DNA of 63,895 bases, filler included, from Actinomycetota bacterium (GTDB lineage: Bacteria > Actinomycetota > Acidimicrobiia > IMCC26256 > VFJJ01), in NCBI GenBank assembly GCA_009886115.1. It is 4 parts of 4 records of this genome, joined end to end, with 100 filler letters (N's around TTAATTAATTAA, not from the genome) between each part and the next. Parts side by side here need not be neighbours in the genome. Positions count along the whole stretch, not along the records: positions 57,627 to 63,895 come from VFJJ01000156.1; 3 more parts are not named here. One strand, 5' to 3'. Positions within the stretch are counted from its first letter, which is position 1, and each line of letters opens with the position of its first letter. The notes beneath the pieces were generated by a model, which did no database searches, had not been told where the DNA came from, and saw only the letters and a program-made list of their open reading frames with translations. The position numbers and the translations under genes were made by a program. Shown here in pieces: positions 58,544 to 63,895 of this stretch.

Positions 58544-59971
58544 TCACCAGTTCGTGGCGATGTACTGGGTCTCGCAGAACTCGTAGATGCCCTCGCTGGC
58601 TCCTTCTCGGCCGAGCCCCGACTGCTTCATGCCGCCGAAGGGCGCTGCGGGATCGGAGAGAGCGCCGCGGTTGAGCCCCACCATGCCCACCTGGAGCCGT
58701 TCGCAGACGGCGAGGCCGCGGGCGAGGTCGCGGGTGTATACGTAGCCGGCGAGTCCCAGCTCGGAGGCGTTGGCCTGGGTGATGACGGCCTCGGCGTCAT
58801 CGAACGCGATGACCGGGGCCACGGGACCGAAGATCTCCTCCTGGGCGATGGGGGAGCTGTGATCCACGTCGGCCAGGACCGTCGGCTGGTAGAAGCAGCC
58901 CGGCCCCTCGACCGGTGAGCCTCCGAGCGTGCACCGAGCGCCGCGCTCCAGTGCCCCCTTCACGAGACGGTCGATCGTCTCGATGGCCCCGGCGTTGATC
59001 ATCGGCCCGCACGTCACGTCGGGGTCGAAGCCGTTGCCGATCTTGATACCGGCCATCGCCGATGTGAGCGAAGCCGTGAACTCGGCCGCGATGCCCGACT
59101 GGGCATAGAAGCGGTTCGCCGCAGTGCACGTCTCGGCCGAGTGGCGCATCTTGGCGATCATGGCACCCTCGACCGCGGCGTCGACATCGGCGTCGTCGAA
59201 CACGATGAACGGCGCGTTCCCGCCGAGCTCCATGACGGTCTTGAGGACGCGATCGGCGCAGCGCCGCAACAACACCCGTCCGACCTCGGTGGAGCCCGTG
59301 AAGGAGACCATGCGGGTGGCCGGATGGTCGACCGCGGCGTCGAACCACGACCCCGAGTTGCTCGTCGGGACGATGTTGACGAGTCCGGGTGGCAATCCGA
59401 CCTCTTCGAGAAGCTCGCCGATGCGCAACGCGGTGAGCGGCGTCTCCTTGGGGGGCTTGATGACCACGGCGTTCCCGGCTCCCAGCGCCGGCGCCAACTT
59501 GCGGGTGATCATGGCCGCAGGGAAGTTCCACGGTGTGACCATGACCACGACGCCGACGGGAGGATGGTGCACGATGATCTTCTTGTCGCCTGACGGTGCG
59601 GTGCCGATCGATCCCCGGATGCGAACGGTCTCCTCGGCGTTCCACCGGAAGAACTCGGCCGCGTAGGCGATCTCGGCCATGGCGTCGGCGAGGGGCTTGC
59701 CGTGCTCGCGGGTGATCAGCTCGGCCAGCTCGGTGGCATGCTCGACGAGGCTCTGCCATGCGGCCCGGAGGATCTCGGACCGCACGCGCGGTGGCGTGGC
59801 AGCCCAGCCAGGCTGGGCCGCAGCAGCCGCGTCGCAGGCTGCGGTGGCGTCGGCCGGGGTGCCCACGGCCACATCGGTGATCGTCTCACCTGTCGCCGGG
59901 TCGAGAACGTCGATGCGGCCCCGGTCGGAGCCCTCGCGGCGGCTGCCGCCGATCAACAGTGCCGTGCTCAT
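58544..59971 (-). CDS. gabD: NAD(P)-dependent succinate-semialdehyde-dehydrogenase-like aldehyde dehydrogenase
   Basis: TPWNFP, FTGSTEVG, MELGGNAP, ETCTAANR, EEIFGP, FGGMKQSG. Confidence 0.85.
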   Translation of the reverse strand: MSTALLIGGSRREGSDRGRIDVLDPATGETITDVAVGTPADATAACDAAAAAQPGWAATPPRVRSEILRAAWQSLVEHATELAELITREHGKPLADAMAEIAYAAEFFRWNAEETVRIRGSIGTAPSGDKKIIVHHPPVGVVVMVTPWNFPAAMITRKLAPALGAGNAVVIKPPKETPLTALRIGELLEEVGLPPGLVNIVPTSNSGSWFDAAVDHPATRMVSFTGSTEVGRVLLRRCADRVLKTVMELGGNAPFIVFDDADVDAAVEGAMIAKMRHSAETCTAANRFYAQSGIAAEFTASLTSAMAGIKIGNGFDPDVTCGPMINAGAIETIDRLVKGALERGARCTLGGSPVEGPGCFYQPTVLADVDHSSPIAQEEIFGPVAPVIAFDDAEAVITQANASELGLAGYVYTRDLARGLAVCERLQVGMVGLNRGALSDPAAPFGGMKQSGLGREGASEGIYEFCETQYIATNW

Positions 59972-59984
59972 GAGGCTGCCTCCG

Positions 59985-60803
59985 TCACGAAGCGGTGGTG
60001 GGGGTGAACGCCGAGCGCTCGCGCTGCTCCCCGGTGTCGGACCACGTGGCCAGGAATGTGTACATGTCACCGCGTATCACGGTGCGCCGCCACTCCAGGG
60101 GTTGGCCAACGTGTGACGTGAACCGCTCGACGAGGAACGCCGGTTGCCTGGCCGAGGTGCCCAGGAGTGCCCGCTCGTCGCGCGTGGGCAGGGTCGGATG
60201 CACCCGTTCCCAGCCGGCTCCGGGGCGGATACCGCAGCGGCGCTCGAGCTCTGCGTACACGGCCGTGTGCGCGAAGTCGACGGCGAGCAGGGGAGCGGCC
60301 AGTCGAGATGGCATCCACAGCTCGTCGGTGGCGATGGGGGTGTCGTCGGCGTTGCGGAGTCGATGGAGATACACGAACGGGGTGGCAACGGGGAGCCCGA
60401 GCTGGCGGGCGACGCTCGGAGCTGCGCGCTCGTCGAGCTCGAGCACCACGCTGTGCTGCACGAAGCCCTGGTCCTCGATCGACCGGAACAGGCTGTAGAG
60501 CGCCCCGGTGCGTTGCTCGATCCCCTGGTGCCTGACGAACGTGCCGCGTCCCCGCTCGCGGTCGATGAGCCCCTCGGCGTGCAGACGGCGCATGGCTTCG
60601 CGCATGGTGTGACGGCTCACCGCGTATTGGTCGATGAGCTCCCGTTCAGGCGGGAACCCGTCGACGAACTCGCCCCGGGCGAGGCGTCCCCGAACGTCGC
60701 CCAGCACCTGCGCCCAGAGCGGAAGCGGGTTGGTCCGGTCGGGCTTGCAGAAGGTCGGGGGTGTCGAGGACGTCGAGGACCTCGCGGGCGGCGGGGGCAT
60801 CAT
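59985..60803 (-). CDS. GntR (HutC subfamily) regulator with UTRA domain
   Basis: PPERELIDQYAVSRHTMREA, RGRGTFV, C-terminal UTRA-like domain. Confidence 0.9.
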   Translation of the reverse strand: MMPPPPARSSTSSTPPTFCKPDRTNPLPLWAQVLGDVRGRLARGEFVDGFPPERELIDQYAVSRHTMREAMRRLHAEGLIDRERGRGTFVRHQGIEQRTGALYSLFRSIEDQGFVQHSVVLELDERAAPSVARQLGLPVATPFVYLHRLRNADDTPIATDELWMPSRLAAPLLAVDFAHTAVYAELERRCGIRPGAGWERVHPTLPTRDERALLGTSARQPAFLVERFTSHVGQPLEWRRTVIRGDMYTFLATWSDTGEQRERSAFTPTTAS

Positions 60804-60810
60804 GTGGCCA

Positions 60811-60822
60811 ATGTACGGACAA
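60811..60822. promoter_or_regulatory. GntR/HutC-type operator candidate ATGTACGGACAA
   Basis: Just upstream of the GntR start; exact reverse complement of 62285-62296. Confidence 0.65.
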
Positions 60823-60860
60823 CCAGCGGGCTGCGCAACGACTGCCCGTGCGTCGGGCGA

Positions 60861-61301
60861 TCAGGCGACAACGGGTGCTCCTGCGTCGTGCCAGGCCGTG
60901 ATGCCGCCGTCGAGGTCGTACACCCGCGTGAACCCGAGCTCGGCCATGATCGCAGTGGCCTGGCCGCTGCGGTTCCCCGATCGGCAGTAGACGAAGTAGG
61001 TGCCGTCGCGATCGAGGGCGCCGATGCGGTCGCGAAAGCCGGCGGCGTTGAAATCGATCAGCTCCGCCCGGTCGATGTGGCCCTCCGCGAACTCCTCCGG
61101 CGTGCGGACGTCGATGACCCGGACGGCCGAGTCGGATGCCAGCTCGCGTCCTTGCGCCACGCCAACGAGCGTGACGACACCATCAGCGGCCACGTCGCCC
61201 GACGGCGCAGCCGCGCCTTGCGAGGTTGACGAAGCGCCTTGGCCGCAGGCGGCCACGCCGAGGGCGCCGATCACCGTCAGGGCAGCGAGGCTCGTCCTCA
61301 A
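60861..61301 (-). CDS. Rhodanese-domain lipoprotein
   Basis: VAAC lipobox, IDVRTPEEF..GHI, YCRSGNRS, LDGGITAW; TTGA coupling. Confidence 0.88.
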   Translation of the reverse strand: MRTSLAALTVIGALGVAACGQGASSTSQGAAAPSGDVAADGVVTLVGVAQGRELASDSAVRVIDVRTPEEFAEGHIDRAELIDFNAAGFRDRIGALDRDGTYFVYCRSGNRSGQATAIMAELGFTRVYDLDGGITAWHDAGAPVVA

Positions 61302-61768
61302 GGTGTCGCCGATTCGAGGACGGGACCGATCTCGCGGTGCTCGCCGTCGCCGACGACCATCCTGATGGCGTGACGATCGCGCAGATGCAGCCCGATGAAG
61401 AGCCCGACGATCGCCACCACGGCCAGTGCTGCACCCGACGAGAGCATGACGAGCGCCGGCGCGGGGCAGGTGCCGGCGACGGCCCAGCCCATGCCGAACA
61501 GCGCGCCACCGACGAGATGGTGACGTTCCGGCTTCGAACGCGATAGCGCGAGCTGGCCGCCGTAGAGCGTTCGGGCCTTCCGGCGTTCGAGCAGCCACAG
61601 CAACGGGAGCGACGTGGCGATGGCTGAGCCCATCAGGAAGAACACGTCGGGCTCGTCGAAGCGCAGCATCCGGTGGATCGTGTCGTACTCGTGCAGTTGC
61701 GCCGCGGCGAGGACGAAACCGAACGCGGCCCCGAACAGGCCGCCCACGATGTTCAGCCGCCGGTTCAC
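61298..61768 (-). CDS. YeeE/YedE sulfur-transporter half protein
   Basis: GGALFGMGWAVAGTCPAP; GTGA coupling. Confidence 0.85.
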   Translation of the reverse strand: MNRRLNIVGGLFGAAFGFVLAAAQLHEYDTIHRMLRFDEPDVFFLMGSAIATSLPLLWLLERRKARTLYGGQLALSRSKPERHHLVGGALFGMGWAVAGTCPAPALVMLSSGAALAVVAIVGLFIGLHLRDRHAIRMVVGDGEHREIGPVLESATP

Positions 61769-62238
61769 AGGTCGCCTCCCGTGACGAGTCGCAAGACGGC
61801 GGTGACAGCGACCGCGGTGGCCATGAACGTCGCCGTCGTCACCCAACTGGCCGGCGAGCGCTGGGCGGTGCCGCAGATCCCGTGGCCCGACGTGCACCCG
61901 CCAGCCATGCGGGCGCCGTAGCCCATCGTGACGGCCCCGCCCAGGACGATCAGGGCGACCACCGGAGTCGGCCACAACGAGGTCATGGCGTCGTAGCCCG
62001 ATCGGGCGTCGATGCCGGTGCCCAAAGCGGTGGCGAGCGCCCCACCAACGAAGATCCCGCCGAAGTACCAGACCCGCCACCCCACGGTGTCGGTGTCGCG
62101 GCGGGCAGCCTTCATGGTCTGGACGTACGCGCCGCTCGCCCCGAGCGGCTGGTTCGCCACGAGGAACAATCCAACGACGAGCAGGCCCAGCAACGGTCCG
62201 GCCACGTACCAGGCGAGTCGATCAGGTAACAGGTCCAC
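61765..62238 (-). CDS. YeeE/YedE sulfur-transporter half protein
   Basis: LGAS, GYGARMAGGCTSGHGICG. Confidence 0.88.
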   Translation of the reverse strand: MDLLPDRLAWYVAGPLLGLLVVGLFLVANQPLGASGAYVQTMKAARRDTDTVGWRVWYFGGIFVGGALATALGTGIDARSGYDAMTSLWPTPVVALIVLGGAVTMGYGARMAGGCTSGHGICGTAQRSPASWVTTATFMATAVAVTAVLRLVTGGDL

Positions 62239-62284
62239 GTCGTTCCCCTTTCCGGGAATGCCGGGGCGAGCATACCGCAGGCGA

Positions 62285-62296
62285 TTGTCCGTACAT
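62285..62296. promoter_or_regulatory. GntR/HutC-type operator candidate TTGTCCGTACAT
   Basis: ~47 bp upstream of the first YeeE gene; same 12-mer as at the GntR gene. Confidence 0.65.
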
Positions 62297-62355
62297 ACGG
62301 TCAAGCACCTCGACGTCGGTGGCCTCGTCGGCGGATCGCCCGCGTCTCGATCGGC

Positions 62356-63237
62356 TCAGGTCGTGCCGGGCTCGAAGGGCAGGAGCCAGTTGGCCTGGCT
62401 CTCGGCGCCGTCGGCCACGATGGCTGCACCACTGATGTATCGGGCTGCGGGCGAGCAGAGGAACAGGATGGTGGCCGCGGTCTCCTCGGCGGTGCCCATC
62501 CGGCGCATGGGCCCGAGCTGCTCGAACCGCTCCGCCCACGAGGCTTCGGTGTAGCCGAGCTCGCCCATCTCCTTCTCCTGCATCCCCGCCGTGGCGATGG
62601 TGCCGGGGGCGATCGCATTGATCGTCACGCCGTGGTGGGCGAGGTACGGCGCCATCGTGCGGGTCAGGCTCACGACGCCCGCCCGGGCGGCGCCAGAGTG
62701 CACGAACATCGGGGCACCTCGGTCGAAGCTGAAGATGTGGACCACGTTGACGATGGCCCCGTACTTGGCCTCGATCATGGGACCTGTGAAGCGGTTCACC
62801 ATGTTCCAGGTGCCGTTGAGGTTCAAGTCGACGACCGATCGCCAACCGTTGTCGGAGATCGTTCCCGGCGCCGCCGGGAACTGCCCCCCGGCATTGTTGA
62901 CGAGGAAGTCGACCCGGCCGTGCTGCTCGAGCACGCGGGCGCGGAGTCGCTCCACCTCGTCGACGGCCCGGATGTTGGTGGGTACCGCCAGGCCCCGAGC
63001 TCCGTTGTCGAGGGCGGCGATCTCCTCGACCGTCTCCTGCAGGCTCGACTCGGTACGACCGGCGACCACGACGTGAGCGCCGTACGACGCGAATCCCACC
63101 GCGGTGCGGCGACCGATTCCCGTGCCACCACCGGTGACCACGGCGACCCGTCCTCGGAACAGATCGGGAGCGAAGCTCGCCATCGGCTCGATCGGCGCGG
63201 GACCCGGAGCCCGCTCGGCGGCGGATCGGTCGGTCAT
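62356..63237 (-). CDS. SDR (trans-2-enoyl/2,4-dienoyl-CoA reductase-like)
   Basis: TGGGTGIG, NNAGGQF, HSGAARAG (non-YxxxK). Confidence 0.85.
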   Translation of the reverse strand: MTDRSAAERAPGPAPIEPMASFAPDLFRGRVAVVTGGGTGIGRRTAVGFASYGAHVVVAGRTESSLQETVEEIAALDNGARGLAVPTNIRAVDEVERLRARVLEQHGRVDFLVNNAGGQFPAAPGTISDNGWRSVVDLNLNGTWNMVNRFTGPMIEAKYGAIVNVVHIFSFDRGAPMFVHSGAARAGVVSLTRTMAPYLAHHGVTINAIAPGTIATAGMQEKEMGELGYTEASWAERFEQLGPMRRMGTAEETAATILFLCSPAARYISGAAIVADGAESQANWLLPFEPGTT

Positions 63238-63467
63238 CGCGGCACGCTACCTGGGAGGGCCGACCGGAGTGGGGCACCGAGGCCCGCCACGTGAGCTCCA
63301 TCGAGCGACCCGCGACCCTCGCCCCGCCACCACCCACAGTCGCGCCCCCGTCGAGCAGCGAACCAGGCACGGCGCCGGTGACGGCCTCGCCGTGACCTGA
63401 GCCGAAACCGAGGGGCGTTGCTCGCTGCACAACAACGGGCTTGAGATCGGAACTCTCACACGATACC

Positions 63468-63484
63468 ATACCCCTCTAGGGTAT
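63468..63484. promoter_or_regulatory. CsoR operator ATACCC-CTCTA-GGGTAT
   Basis: ATAC/GTAT inverted repeat flanking C/G tracts, directly upstream of csoR. Confidence 0.85.
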
Positions 63485-63500
63485 ATCGACGGAGGTTCTG

Positions 63501-63782
63501 ATGGTCGGGTATGCGGCGAGCAAGGACGATGTGCAGGCCCGCTTGCGACGCATCGAAGGTCAGGTGCGAGGGCTGCAACGCATGGTCGATGACGACACCT
63601 ACTGCATCGACGTCTTGACCCAGGTCTCGGCGGTCACGCGCGCCCTGCAGGCGGTGAGCGTCGCGCTGCTGGGCGATCATCTCCATCACTGCGTCAGCGA
63701 CGCGATCGCAGCCGGTGGGCCCGACGCCGCCGGTAAGGTCGACGAGGCCATGAAAGCCGTGCAACGGCTGGTGCGGTCGTGA
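63501..63782 (+). CDS. csoR: CsoR-family copper-sensing repressor
   Basis: RLRRIEGQVRG, YCIDVL, HLHHC (Cys-His-Cys ligand set); GGAGG RBS. Confidence 0.92.
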   Translation: MVGYAASKDDVQARLRRIEGQVRGLQRMVDDDTYCIDVLTQVSAVTRALQAVSVALLGDHLHHCVSDAIAAGGPDAAGKVDEAMKAVQRLVRS

Positions 63783-63793
63783 CCCGGGCCGGC

Positions 63794-63895
63794 GTGAACC
63801 GCACCGACCGGGGTTCGACGGGCACCGCGGGCATCGCTTCCACGGGCACCGAGACCGAGACCGAGGCCGTCACCGAGGCCGTCACGGAGACCGTC
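63794..63895 (+). CDS. Possible N-terminus of the gene following csoR (runs off the window)
   Basis: GTG 11 bp after the csoR stop, open to the window end (…TETETEAVTEAVTETV); product not visible. Confidence 0.35.
   Translation, partial: MNRTDRGSTGTAGIASTGTETETEAVTEAVTETV

Overview
High-GC actinobacterial DNA. The gene content (BldC, CsoR, MoxR-DUF58-VWA, several F420-dependent enzymes) suggests an Acidimicrobiia-like draft genome or MAG; this is inference. It consists of four unrelated contigs joined by artificial N-TTAATTAATTAA-N spacers at about 29.4, 42.9 and 57.6 kb. Contig 1 has a secreted subtilase missed by the ORF track, an AbiEi-MNT/HEPN toxin-antitoxin-like patch beside a tRNA 3'-end fragment, a lipid-carrier amino-sugar glycosylation cluster, bldC, an RNase HI-SLOG fusion and a hydantoinase B/A-GMC-P450 run. 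Contig 2 is a steroid/terpenoid-type catabolic island (four ACADs, three LLM-F420 enzymes, SDRs, enoyl-CoA hydratase, amidohydrolase, KshA-like Rieske protein) with a recurring TTGACGAT-N3-GTCA(A/C) palindrome. Contig 3 has a zinc-protease lipoprotein, MoxR-DUF58-VWA and a 1785-aa signal-peptide-bearing animal-heme-peroxidase/RTX protein (MopA-like). Contig 4 has a GntR-linked split YeeE pair-rhodanese-aldehyde dehydrogenase run and csoR with its operator. I saw no intact tRNA, rRNA, CRISPR array or transposase. All product calls come from motif recognition by eye, not database searches.
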